DNA of 64,000 nucleotides from contig JBFYNF010000045.1 of NCBI GenBank assembly GCA_041304525.1, forward strand, positions 7,479 through 71,478. Reading direction: 5' to 3'. Source of the stretch: Thermoplasmata archaeon (GTDB lineage Archaea; Thermoplasmatota; Thermoplasmata; UBA10834). Position numbers and translations under genes: made by a program. The notes under the pieces were generated by a model. The model was not told the DNA's origin. It was given only the letters and a program-made list of their open reading frames with translations, and ran no database searches. Within the stretch, counting starts at the first letter, position 1. Every line of letters begins with the position of its first letter. Of the stretch, positions 25,285 through 34,249 are shown piece by piece.

Positions 25285-26442
25285 ATGGCTGGCCTGTTCC
25301 GCAAGAAACCAGAGAAAGACGGTTCCTCCGCAAGAAGGAAGCTGAAAGGCTTCGAGGAGGGATTCGAAGAGGAGGCGGAAGAGGGGGCCTACGAGGAGAC
25401 TGAGACTAGCCAGAGAGCCGACAAACTCGTCAGCGCGGAAGATGAAGACTACTTGGGAGAGGACGAGGCCAGCGGCGCAGGTCTCGCAGGCGTCAAGGAG
25501 CTAAGCGAGCTCATGGGACGCCTGGAGGAGATCGAGGACAAGATGGGCCGGATCGACTCCGCTCTCACAACGGATCGGAACGAGAATGCCAAGGTCCGGG
25601 ACCGGCTCAATCAGATGGAACAGGACATCAGGAAGCTCCTTTCCGTCTACGAGGTCGTGTCCACCAAGTTCAACCCCTTCCTAGATGTCTCCGAGAAGAC
25701 CCCCCCACCTGTCCAGCCCCAACCGGCTGTGATGCCTGAGCCCGCTCCGTTCGCTCCAATCGAGCTGGACGGGGACATACCGGAGTTCCGGCCATATCAG
25801 GAAGGGGAAGTGGAGCCGCCCACCTTCAATGGCAAAGGGCCCAAGGCCAGCCGCGACGCCGCCCCGTGGGAGCCAGGGACGTCAACCGCTACCGTTGAGA
25901 CAGTGTTCTCCGGACCCAGGAGAGAGCCCCCACCGACACTCGACAAGACCTCGAAGGACGAGAAGTATGAAAGGCAGGTGAGAGCGTCCGCGAGGAGCAA
26001 ACACAACAAGAAGCCGCTCCTTGCGTACATCCCACACGACTACCTGACGCTGGTCCTCGTGATGCGCTGGATAGAGTTCCTGTTCGAGCGCGTGACCAGG
26101 GAAAGGATGTCGCTCGTGCTAGACTACTATGTCGATGTAGGATGGATCAGCGAGGACGTGAAATCAGAGATCATGTCCTACGCGCGCGGAGAAATGCAGG
26201 ATGTGACCAAGTACATGGGCCAAGAGGAGGTAAGGGAGGACGTGTTCCGCGACCTCCCGCCGCCGACAGCGGCCCCGTACAAGAAGGTCGAGGACTGGCG
26301 TCTGTCCGCAGACGACCACCTGAAGTCCCTGCTGTTCGTGCAGAAGATAGCCGGACTAGAGGTTGACAAGGACCGCCTTAACTCCCTCGAACAGAACATC
26401 TCCAAATTCAAGGAGAGTCTGGAGGGCTTTCATGGGGTTTAG
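25285..26442 (+). CDS. FlaC/FlaD/FlaE-type fusion protein (ArlCDE-like)
   Basis: N-terminal coiled coil ending LSVYEVVSTKFNPFLD (FlaC-like), a Pro-rich linker, then the FlaD/E domain (LVMRWIEFLF...YYVDVGWISEDV...DWRLSADDHLKSLLFVQKIAGLEVD). Confidence 0.8.
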   Translation: MAGLFRKKPEKDGSSARRKLKGFEEGFEEEAEEGAYEETETSQRADKLVSAEDEDYLGEDEASGAGLAGVKELSELMGRLEEIEDKMGRIDSALTTDRNENAKVRDRLNQMEQDIRKLLSVYEVVSTKFNPFLDVSEKTPPPVQPQPAVMPEPAPFAPIELDGDIPEFRPYQEGEVEPPTFNGKGPKASRDAAPWEPGTSTATVETVFSGPRREPPPTLDKTSKDEKYERQVRASARSKHNKKPLLAYIPHDYLTLVLVMRWIEFLFERVTRERMSLVLDYYVDVGWISEDVKSEIMSYARGEMQDVTKYMGQEEVREDVFRDLPPPTAAPYKKVEDWRLSADDHLKSLLFVQKIAGLEVDKDRLNSLEQNISKFKESLEGFHGV

Positions 26443-27622
26443 TGTCTCGGCTACAATGGCGATATTCTTCGCCGCCTTTCTAATCCTTTTTTCTATTCTT
26501 TATTCCTCTTTGAACGACGCCTTCGACTCTGTGTCGGAGTCGTTCGATGAGAAGTACGAATACATGAACGATCGACTCGATACGCAAGTGACGATACTCG
26601 ACGTCAGTTACCAGAGGGACTCAAACACCCTAGATATCAGGGTCCAGAACACTGGCAGCAAGGTCCTGGACATATCCAAGGTCGACCTGATTCTGGAAGG
26701 GGCCATCCCCACGTCGTTCAATAAGACCATCCAGGGGACGGACACAGAGGTTTGGCTCCCGACTGAGGTCCTCACGATCACTGTCGATGATCCCGATGTG
26801 TCATTCGAGACTGACCTCGACCCGCGCGCTTCGCTCACCAATGACGCCTCCCTGTCTGCCCCCTCGAATGTCTCCGTTGGAGAGAGCGTCTACGTCCTGG
26901 ATGGACAGGACATAGATGTCTTCACGCTCGGAGGTGTCTTCGATTTCACGATTACAGACTCATCAAACATGGTCTCGCCCTCTGACCTGAAAGTGTGGGG
27001 AGATTATCTCTACGTACTGGACGAGGGCACACACATCGATCGGTTCGGACTCGACGGGGCTTGGGTGGACCGGATAGTGAACGACACGACGAACTCGTCC
27101 ATCCTGACCTCATTCAGCGTCGATTCCGAGTACATATACATCATAGACAACAGGAGCCACATCGACCGGTATGGCCTGGCCACAGGAATATTCGTGGACT
27201 CGATTGTGCCGAACGGAGGCACGATGACATCGCCGCGAGACATCTTCGTCAGCTCGCACATCTTCGTGATCGACTACAGTTCGGGATACCATGTTGACGT
27301 GTACGAGCTGGACGGCAGCGGAGGGACGGAGTTAGTCGGCACGGTAGGGCTCTCGTCGCCAACGGATATCTGTGCCAGCGCGAACGGCCTGGACGACGTG
27401 TATGTGTATGTCGTCAACGGATCGAGCGAGGTGGCCGTGTTCAACGCAACGGGGTCGCCCGTGGACATAGTCGACAGCCTGCTGAGCGACTCTGTGATCG
27501 CCGTAGACGTCACAGGCAAGATGTATGTCTCTGACAATGTGAATGGACTCGTCGTGGAGAACCTGGGTACTAACATCAAAGTGGTGGTAGAGAATGGAAT
27601 CTCATGTGTCACAGTGCAATAG
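26432..27622 (+). CDS. flaF: FlaF-like protein fused to six-bladed NHL-like beta-propeller
   Basis: N-terminal TM helix plus an FlaF/G-type beta-sandwich (TQVTILDVSYQRDSNTLDIRVQNTGSKVLD). Six ~40-aa repeats of the form sP.d..v....iYViD....hIdrF.l.G follow. The start overlaps the upstream stop. Confidence 0.65.
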   Translation: MGFSVSATMAIFFAAFLILFSILYSSLNDAFDSVSESFDEKYEYMNDRLDTQVTILDVSYQRDSNTLDIRVQNTGSKVLDISKVDLILEGAIPTSFNKTIQGTDTEVWLPTEVLTITVDDPDVSFETDLDPRASLTNDASLSAPSNVSVGESVYVLDGQDIDVFTLGGVFDFTITDSSNMVSPSDLKVWGDYLYVLDEGTHIDRFGLDGAWVDRIVNDTTNSSILTSFSVDSEYIYIIDNRSHIDRYGLATGIFVDSIVPNGGTMTSPRDIFVSSHIFVIDYSSGYHVDVYELDGSGGTELVGTVGLSSPTDICASANGLDDVYVYVVNGSSEVAVFNATGSPVDIVDSLLSDSVIAVDVTGKMYVSDNVNGLVVENLGTNIKVVVENGISCVTVQ

Positions 27623-27631
27623 GAGGTGGAG

Positions 27632-28072
27632 ATGATGGGCGCAAGCGGAGCATCGACTCAGCTGATATTCTTCATATCCGCGTTGATCGTGGCAACGGCA
27701 GTAGTCGCCGTGGCCGCCAACGGGGTGTCCAAGATAACCAACGGGATAGACCAGAAGAGCGATAATGTGGAGAAGGATCTGCTGACGGACATTTCGATAA
27801 TAAACGACCCTGACGAGATCCCGAACGACCCTGTCAGGATATATGTCAAGAACGTGGGCAAGACCGTCCTGAACCAAAACTATATCACAGTAATGCTGGA
27901 TGGGTTTGCGGTCACGAACTACACGCTGACGCTGAGCGGGAGCACGTTGTCCTACTGGGACCCCGCGAGCATGCTGACGATATCAATAGACCAGAATTTG
28001 GCAGAGGGGGACCATTCGGTACAGGTGACCACCGAGAACGGCGTCTCTGACAAGCTCAGCTTCCGCATATGA
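27632..28072 (+). CDS. flaG: FlaG-like archaellum protein
   Basis: AGGAGG RBS. Archaellin-like N-terminus GASGASTQLIFFISALIVATAVVAV plus a beta-sandwich (VRIYVKNVGKTVLN). Position between flaF and flaH. Confidence 0.7.
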   Translation: MMGASGASTQLIFFISALIVATAVVAVAANGVSKITNGIDQKSDNVEKDLLTDISIINDPDEIPNDPVRIYVKNVGKTVLNQNYITVMLDGFAVTNYTLTLSGSTLSYWDPASMLTISIDQNLAEGDHSVQVTTENGVSDKLSFRI

Positions 28073-28076
28073 CGGG

Positions 28077-28787
28077 GTGAACCCTCCAATGGGGGAGACC
28101 TACAAGCTACAGATACCCAGAGACGACCTACATGACCAGCTAGGTCAGGGCCTCCCCGCGGGAACGATAACGTTGGTCGAGGGAGCGCATGGGACCGGAA
28201 AAAGCGCCCTCGTCCAGCGGATGATCTACGGATTCCTTTCGAACCAACACTCGGTAACGTGCATATCGACGGAGCTGACCGTCAGGGACTTCATCAACCA
28301 GATGTACTCGCTCGACTACCCCATATCCTCATGGCTCCTGAACGGGAAACTGAAGTTCGTGCCTGTGTACCCACTCGTGGGCAAGGCCAGGAAGAGGAGC
28401 GACTTCCTGGGCATGCTGATGGGCTCCGAGGAACTGTACAAGAGTGACATCATGATCATAGATACCTTCTCCAGCCTCGTCAGCAACAGCCTTCATGGGG
28501 AAGACAACAGCATAGGTGTGCTGTCATTCTTCAAGAGACTCACCGGCATGGGTAAGAGCATCGTGGTGACAGTGGACCCGACTGAACTGGACCCTAAGGC
28601 GCTCGCACCGTTCGAGTCGGACAGTCACGTGTATTTGAGCATAATCGTGTCACAGGTCGGCGGGATGATATCCAGGAGCATCATGGTGAAGCGGTTCGGT
28701 GGCACCGAGTACAGGGTGTCCCCGGTCGTGGGCTTCAGGATAGAGCCTAATGTGGGCATGGTCATCGAGATCACATCAGTCGTGTGA
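28077..28787 (+). CDS. flaH: FlaH (ArlH) KaiC/RecA-like ATP-binding protein
   Basis: Walker A VEGAHGTGKSALV, about 235 aa, located upstream of flaI. GTG at 28077 or ATG at 28089. Confidence 0.85.
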   Translation: MNPPMGETYKLQIPRDDLHDQLGQGLPAGTITLVEGAHGTGKSALVQRMIYGFLSNQHSVTCISTELTVRDFINQMYSLDYPISSWLLNGKLKFVPVYPLVGKARKRSDFLGMLMGSEELYKSDIMIIDTFSSLVSNSLHGEDNSIGVLSFFKRLTGMGKSIVVTVDPTELDPKALAPFESDSHVYLSIIVSQVGGMISRSIMVKRFGGTEYRVSPVVGFRIEPNVGMVIEITSVV

Positions 28788-28797
28788 GGTCACGGTC

Positions 28798-30429
28798 ATG
28801 GCGGCGAAGTTCAGCAAGGTCCTGGAACGGAATCCCCACCTGAACGTCTATCTTCAGAGATACGCTCAGGAGACAAACCAGTCGCCGAAGTTCATGGACA
28901 CACTGGGCAGGGATCTCGGGAAGGAGGCGACCGTGGATGTCATCTACCCTGTCGGCGACCCGATATTCATACACCTGCACGGCTCCAAGGACACCGGGCA
29001 CAAGTACGATGTCGTGCAGCCAATGATGGAGGACGAGCTTGGCAAAGCGTACGAGAAGGTCGTCAATAATGTCTTCTTGAAGTCAGGGAAGGAGAAGATC
29101 CACTCGACCGATGAGGAGTTCAACGAGGTCCTGGACAAGCTCCTGAACGAAATAGTCGAGGTCACAGAGAGACGCATCCCCTCGAAGGTCGTACAGCTGT
29201 TCAAACCCAACTCCAAGATCTACGTCACCCCAGATGACTACAGCATCCTGGAGTACTACGTCAAGAGGAACATCCTCCAGAACGGCATCCTCGAACCGAT
29301 ACTCAGGGACCCGTACATAGAGGACATCCACTGCGTCGGCGTCAGGGAGGTGAACCTGTACCACAAGATCCTGGGCATGGTGGAGACGAACATCAAGTTC
29401 TCGAACGTCTCAGACCTGGACAAGTACACCAAGGGGATGAGTGAAAGGATGGGTCGTCCCGCATCGATATCGAGACCGATCATCGACGGCGCCCTCCCGG
29501 ACGGTTCCCGTATCAACATCATCTACGCTGACGACGTGAGCGTCAACGGGCCGACATTCACCATCAGGAAGTTCTCAGCGGAGCCGCTGAGTGCCGCTCA
29601 ACTCTCTGGATGGAACACTGTCTCCGCGCAGGAGGCCGCATACCTCTGGCTCTGTCTCGAGAACGGCATGAGCGTGTTCGTCTGCGGTGAGACCGCCTCA
29701 GGTAAGACGACCCTGCTCAACGCCATATTCCCGTTCATAAGGTACGACCAGAAGATATTCTCGGCTGAGGACACCCTGGAGGTGCAGCCGCCTCACGCCG
29801 TCTGGCAACAATTATCCACAAGGGAGTTCGGCCCGGAGGAGAGCAAGGTGGACACCTTCGCCCTCCTGAGAGCTGGACTCAGGTCCAGACCCAACTACAT
29901 CATCGTGGGTGAGATCAGAGGGAAGGAAGGGAACGTCGCGTTCCAGGCGATGCAGACTGGCATCCCGGTCATGGCGACATTCCACGCCGCCTCCGTCAAG
30001 AGGATGATACAGAGGTTCACCGGCGCCCCGATCAGCGTGCCCATCACGAGCATGGACAACCTCAACGTGGCGGTCTTCCAGGCGGGCGTATACAGGAACG
30101 GGAAGTTGATCAGGAGGACCCTGTCCATCGAGGAGATACTGGGCTACAGCGAGTCGATGGGCGGAGTGATGACCAGGGCAGTCTTCGTATGGAACCCGGT
30201 GAGCGACCAGCACATATTCCGAGGGATGAACAACTCGTTCATACTGGAGGAAAGGATCGCCGTCAAGAGGGGGTACAAGGACAAGAGGGACATATACAAG
30301 GAACTCGCCCTCAGGACCAGGATCATCGAGAAGATGGTCGAGACGAACATGACCTCCTACAAGACAGTCAACGACATCCTCAAGGCATTTCAGAAGGAGG
30401 GAGTGGCCGGCCTGCCGTTCACGGTCTGA
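28798..30429 (+). CDS. flaI: FlaI (ArlI) archaellum ATPase, copy 1
   Basis: Type II/IV secretion ATPase motifs: Walker A GETASGKTT, Walker B/Asp box NYIIVGEIRGKEG, LRDPYIEDIH. The start at MAAKFSKVLERNPHL aligns with copy 2. Confidence 0.9.
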   Translation: MAAKFSKVLERNPHLNVYLQRYAQETNQSPKFMDTLGRDLGKEATVDVIYPVGDPIFIHLHGSKDTGHKYDVVQPMMEDELGKAYEKVVNNVFLKSGKEKIHSTDEEFNEVLDKLLNEIVEVTERRIPSKVVQLFKPNSKIYVTPDDYSILEYYVKRNILQNGILEPILRDPYIEDIHCVGVREVNLYHKILGMVETNIKFSNVSDLDKYTKGMSERMGRPASISRPIIDGALPDGSRINIIYADDVSVNGPTFTIRKFSAEPLSAAQLSGWNTVSAQEAAYLWLCLENGMSVFVCGETASGKTTLLNAIFPFIRYDQKIFSAEDTLEVQPPHAVWQQLSTREFGPEESKVDTFALLRAGLRSRPNYIIVGEIRGKEGNVAFQAMQTGIPVMATFHAASVKRMIQRFTGAPISVPITSMDNLNVAVFQAGVYRNGKLIRRTLSIEEILGYSESMGGVMTRAVFVWNPVSDQHIFRGMNNSFILEERIAVKRGYKDKRDIYKELALRTRIIEKMVETNMTSYKTVNDILKAFQKEGVAGLPFTV

Positions 30430-30447
30430 TCCGCGTTTGCTGGCACT

Positions 30448-30485
30448 GATAGTCAGGCCTGAGAATTGGGCGCCAACCCTTATTA
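30448..30485 (+). repeat. 38-nt promoter/operator-like element, copy A (upstream of flaI-2)
   Basis: GATAGTCAGGCCTGAGAATTGGGCGCCAACCCTTATTA matches 34189-34226 at 33 of 38 positions. It ends in a BRE/TATA-like CCAACCCTTATTA. Confidence 0.7.
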
Positions 30486-30608
30486 CTTCAGGTTCTGGAT
30501 TGGCCTTTGAGGCCACCGAGCGCAGGCTCCACAGGGCTACCTCCGCCCAAGGGTGCGGCATTGGCTCTGCTCAGGAGCCGCTTGAGGCGCCTCAGCGGAT
30601 GGGTGAGG

Positions 30609-32258
30609 ATGCCTGCAGACGAAGCTGGCCTGAAGAAGGCCATGAGGAAGAACCCGCACCTCCTTGAATACGTCCAGGAGTTCGTCAGCAGACACAGGTC
30701 GCCTCCAGAGTTCCACCCCGTGGTCGAACGCAAGATGGGGGACGAGCAGCAGGTCAACGTGATCTACCCGATAGGCGACCCGCTCTTTGTCCATGTGTTC
30801 TCGACAGATAGCATACCCATCAGCTACAAGTCCGTGCAGCCGCCGATGACGCCGGACCTGCAGCCCAAGTACAGAAAGGTCATCCAACAGGTCTACAACA
30901 AGGCCGTCTACATGGACCCGCACGAATCTGTGGAGGAGTTCGAGAAGAATCTCCTGCAGCTGATAGACGCCTCGACAAAGATCTCCGAGAGCAGCACGGA
31001 TGGCGACGGCAAACGCATCTTCGGCGACCTTTTCACGGAGCCAAAGATATTCGTCACCCAGCACGAGCAAGACCTGATCAAATACCATGCGAAGCTGGCG
31101 ATTGTGCTAGCAGGACCCCTTGAGCCACTCCTCAGAGACCCGTACATCGAAGATATCCACTGCATCGGACACGACAACGTCTCCATCGTCCACAAGATAT
31201 TCCAGGCGATGCCGACCGATGTGAAGTTCGAGTCGATGGAGGAACTCGACAACTATGTTCGGGCCTTGAGCGAGAGGATAGGCAGGCCGGCGTCGATGGC
31301 TAGGCCGATAGTGGACGGTACGCTTCCTGACGGGTCACGTATCAACCTCATCTACGCTGACGATGTGAGCGTCAAAGGCCCCAGCTTCTCCATCAGGAAG
31401 TTCGCCGAGGAACCTATAAGCATAACCCACCTGATCGAATGGAACACCATCAGCGCCCAGGAAGCCGCCTACATATGGCTCTGCCTGGAAGAAGGCATGA
31501 GCATATTCTTCTGCGGGGAGACGGCGTCGGGCAAGACGACGACCATGGGCGCGGCCCTCCCATTCATCAAGTACGACAGCAAGGTCTACACGGCCGAGGA
31601 CACCATCGAGATGCAGGTTCCACACAAGGTGTGGCAGAGGTTGGCAACGCGGGACTTCGGCCCTGAGGAGAGCAGGGTCGACACGTTCTCACTGCTCAAG
31701 GCCGCTCTAAGATCGAGACCGAACTTCATCATAGTCGGAGAGATTAGGGGCAAGGAAGGGAGCGTTGCGTTCCAGGCCATGCAAACGGGCCACCCCGTCC
31801 TGTCCACGTTCCACGCGGCATCGACGAGGAAGCTCATACAGAGATTCACCAGCGACCCCATCAATGTGCCCATCACGTTCATAGACAACCTGAATGTCGC
31901 GTTCTTCCAGGCAGGCGTGTACAGGGAAGGTAAATTCCTGAGACGGACGATGTTCATTGATGAGATCGTCGGGTACAACGAAGCGCTAGGCGGGATCATG
32001 ACCCGGACCATCTTCCTGTGGAACGCCGCGGACGACTCTCACATGTTCAAGGGGATGAACAACTCCTACATCCTCGAGGAGAAGATTGCGGTCAAGAGGG
32101 GCTACAGTGACAAGAGGAAGATATACGGTGACCTGGCCCTCAGGACCAAGATACTCGAAGAGATGGTCTCCAGGAAGATATTCAAGTACGAGAAGGTGGC
32201 GGAGATAACCAAGGAGTTCCAGAAGAAGGGGGTGAGCGGCCTACCGTTCCCCGTGTAG
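30609..32258 (+). CDS. flaI: FlaI (ArlI) archaellum ATPase, copy 2
   Basis: Same motifs as copy 1 (GETASGKTT, NFIIVGEIRGKEG) and alignable end to end. ATG at 30609 is preceded by GGTGAGG. Confidence 0.9.
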   Translation: MPADEAGLKKAMRKNPHLLEYVQEFVSRHRSPPEFHPVVERKMGDEQQVNVIYPIGDPLFVHVFSTDSIPISYKSVQPPMTPDLQPKYRKVIQQVYNKAVYMDPHESVEEFEKNLLQLIDASTKISESSTDGDGKRIFGDLFTEPKIFVTQHEQDLIKYHAKLAIVLAGPLEPLLRDPYIEDIHCIGHDNVSIVHKIFQAMPTDVKFESMEELDNYVRALSERIGRPASMARPIVDGTLPDGSRINLIYADDVSVKGPSFSIRKFAEEPISITHLIEWNTISAQEAAYIWLCLEEGMSIFFCGETASGKTTTMGAALPFIKYDSKVYTAEDTIEMQVPHKVWQRLATRDFGPEESRVDTFSLLKAALRSRPNFIIVGEIRGKEGSVAFQAMQTGHPVLSTFHAASTRKLIQRFTSDPINVPITFIDNLNVAFFQAGVYREGKFLRRTMFIDEIVGYNEALGGIMTRTIFLWNAADDSHMFKGMNNSYILEEKIAVKRGYSDKRKIYGDLALRTKILEEMVSRKIFKYEKVAEITKEFQKKGVSGLPFPV

Positions 32259-32265
32259 GTCCTCC

Positions 32266-33927
32266 ATGGCTGCGAGCAAGATGAAGCGTCTCTACCAGTC
32301 CCTCGACATGCCCGTTGAGAAGTACTTCACGAGATACGCTCTCCCGCTCGTGATAGCGGGCATCGGCGCGACTGCCCTGCTGGTCTTCCTATTCCCCGAA
32401 CTGGCGGCCGATGGGCTGTTCAAGTATGTGTTCCTGGCAATCCCTGTCCTCTTCTCGGTCGTGGCAGTAATATACCCGATGCTACAGGGTGAACGGAAGA
32501 AGGTCCAGATAGAAAGGAACATGCACCTGTTCCTCGTCAGGATGAGCGTCCTCTCGACATCGAAGCTGCCAAGGAAGAAGATGCTCGAGATCCTTTCGAA
32601 GGTCAAGGAATATGAAGCGCTCAGCCTTGAAATCGAGAAGATCTACAAGCTCATGGAATACTGGAACATGGGTCTCTCGGACGCCGCGAGGACCGTCTCC
32701 CGCAAGACTCCCTCGCCGATGCTAGCAGATTTCCTCGACAGGCTCGCGCACTCATCCGATGCGGGCGAGGACCTCGAGGAGTTCCTCACCAAGGAGCGGG
32801 AGGTGTCCATGAGCGTCTACATCAACAAGTACGAGACGGCGCTCAAGGACCTCGACCTGCTGAACGAGATATTCGTCGCCGTGCTGATATCCCTGATGTT
32901 CATCCTCGTGTTCGTCGCGCTCCTGCCCGTGTTCGTGGACATATCCATCACCCTCATTCTTCCGGGCGTCGCGCTGCTGTTCGTCATCGTCGAGGGGATG
33001 GTGCTGTATCTGGTCAAATCGCTACTTCCATCGGACCCCATATGGCACAACATCAAGGGGCAGACCGAGATCGACAAGGTGATGAAGTCCGTCCTTCCGG
33101 CGACATACGCGGCATGCATCGGGTTCGCCGCCTTCGGGTTCCTGACGGGCTTACCCCTGATGCTCATAGTCGCGCTTGTCGTCACACCGCTCCTGTATCC
33201 AGGGTTCATGATAAGGAGGGAGGAGAAGCGGGTCAGGGCCAGGGACGAGAACTACGATTCGTTCATGAGGGCCGTGGGCAGCTACGCGGCATCTGCTGGC
33301 TCCGCGGTCACGGATGGCGTCGGCAGGCTGAGCAAGCACGACTTCGGGGAGCTCTCGGAAGGCATAGTGATCCTGTACAAGCGCCTGCTCACCCGGATAG
33401 ACCAGATACGCGCCTGGAACCTGTTCGCAGCCGAGAGCGGGAGCAACCTGATCTCCAAGTTCACGGAGATGTATGTCGTCGGTCTGTCCGTGGGCGGGAA
33501 GGTGGACAAGGTCATCGACATCATCAGCGACAACTTCGTGAAGCTGATGGGCGTCAGGCGCAAGAGGTACCAGTCATCCGACAACATGCTGGGGACATTG
33601 TATGGGATGTCCGTCGGCATAACGTTCACCTTGTTCTCCGCGCTGAGCCTGATGCAACTCCTGAACATCATGAACGAGCAGTTCGCGCTCTCCCAGACGA
33701 CGATCAATCTGCCCATCGCGCTGAAGCCATTCGACCTGGGCCTGGCTGAGGCGGTCTTCCTGCTCATCATGCTCGTGCACTCGCTCATATCCGCGAACCT
33801 CGTCTCCTTCGCCGGCGGCAGCCACAAGCATAGTTTCTACATCAACTTCGCAATCATAACATGGATCAGCACCGTGACGGCCATCGTCACACAGTTGATG
33901 CTCGACAAGGTCCTGAACCTCTCATGA
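32266..33927 (+). CDS. flaJ: FlaJ (ArlJ) archaellum membrane platform protein
   Basis: 553-aa polytopic membrane protein with a duplicated T2SS-F-like organisation, directly downstream of flaI. Confidence 0.85.
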   Translation: MAASKMKRLYQSLDMPVEKYFTRYALPLVIAGIGATALLVFLFPELAADGLFKYVFLAIPVLFSVVAVIYPMLQGERKKVQIERNMHLFLVRMSVLSTSKLPRKKMLEILSKVKEYEALSLEIEKIYKLMEYWNMGLSDAARTVSRKTPSPMLADFLDRLAHSSDAGEDLEEFLTKEREVSMSVYINKYETALKDLDLLNEIFVAVLISLMFILVFVALLPVFVDISITLILPGVALLFVIVEGMVLYLVKSLLPSDPIWHNIKGQTEIDKVMKSVLPATYAACIGFAAFGFLTGLPLMLIVALVVTPLLYPGFMIRREEKRVRARDENYDSFMRAVGSYAASAGSAVTDGVGRLSKHDFGELSEGIVILYKRLLTRIDQIRAWNLFAAESGSNLISKFTEMYVVGLSVGGKVDKVIDIISDNFVKLMGVRRKRYQSSDNMLGTLYGMSVGITFTLFSALSLMQLLNIMNEQFALSQTTINLPIALKPFDLGLAEAVFLLIMLVHSLISANLVSFAGGSHKHSFYINFAIITWISTVTAIVTQLMLDKVLNLS

Positions 33928-34188
33928 GGGAGAAAGGTGAGCGTCCGTCTGCGGTCCATGGCTGGCCTGAAGAGGTTTGGCCACCGAATCTTGCCTTTCG
34001 CAGTCGTCCTCTGAGAGAACGCGCATGGGCCAGCCTCTGGACAGGTTCTGACGAACGCTTGATTCGACTATCCTTAGCGCTTTTCATAAGCGTTTGGCAA
34101 GGAATCTCCGCACTGAGAATCGGTCGAGATTCTCTTCCCCACCCTGTGTCCGGACAACTGGTGTTGTTTCGCTGCACTTGACGCACAT

Positions 34189-34226
34189 GATAGTCAGGCG
34201 CGAGAATTGAGCGCCAAACCTTATGA
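34189..34226 (+). repeat. 38-nt promoter/operator-like element, copy B (upstream of surface protein gene)
   Basis: GATAGTCAGGCGCGAGAATTGAGCGCCAAACCTTATGA. The TATA-like end lies 23 nt before the ATG at 34250, which is consistent with a leaderless mRNA. Confidence 0.7.
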
Positions 34227-34249
34227 GTGGATAGACCTGATTTTGACAT

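Noticed and set aside
30507-30608. TTG-initiated 34-aa extension of FlaI-2, which coincides with the transcription start predicted from the 38-nt element (leaderless option)
   Set aside because: The extension (MRPPSAGSTGLPPPKG...) has no counterpart in FlaI-1. The ATG at 30609 has an RBS and aligns with the FlaI-1 N-terminus. It is kept only as a low-probability alternative.
30486-34058. Extra 9-mer matches (CAGGTTCTG, GGCCACCGA) between the flaI-1/flaI-2 spacer and the flaJ/surface-protein spacer, suggesting a larger duplicated block
   Set aside because: The blocks occur in a different order, and short matches of this size between two spacers are only weakly improbable. Only the 38-nt block is convincing.
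20738-34198. Recurrence of the hexamer GATAGT(C/G) in the archaellin element (as its complement), in the flaB2/flaB3 leaders and at the start of both 38-nt elements, as a possible common half-site
   Set aside because: A 6-7-mer is expected many times by chance in 64 kb on both strands. Enrichment cannot be established without a computed scan, so I am not claiming it.
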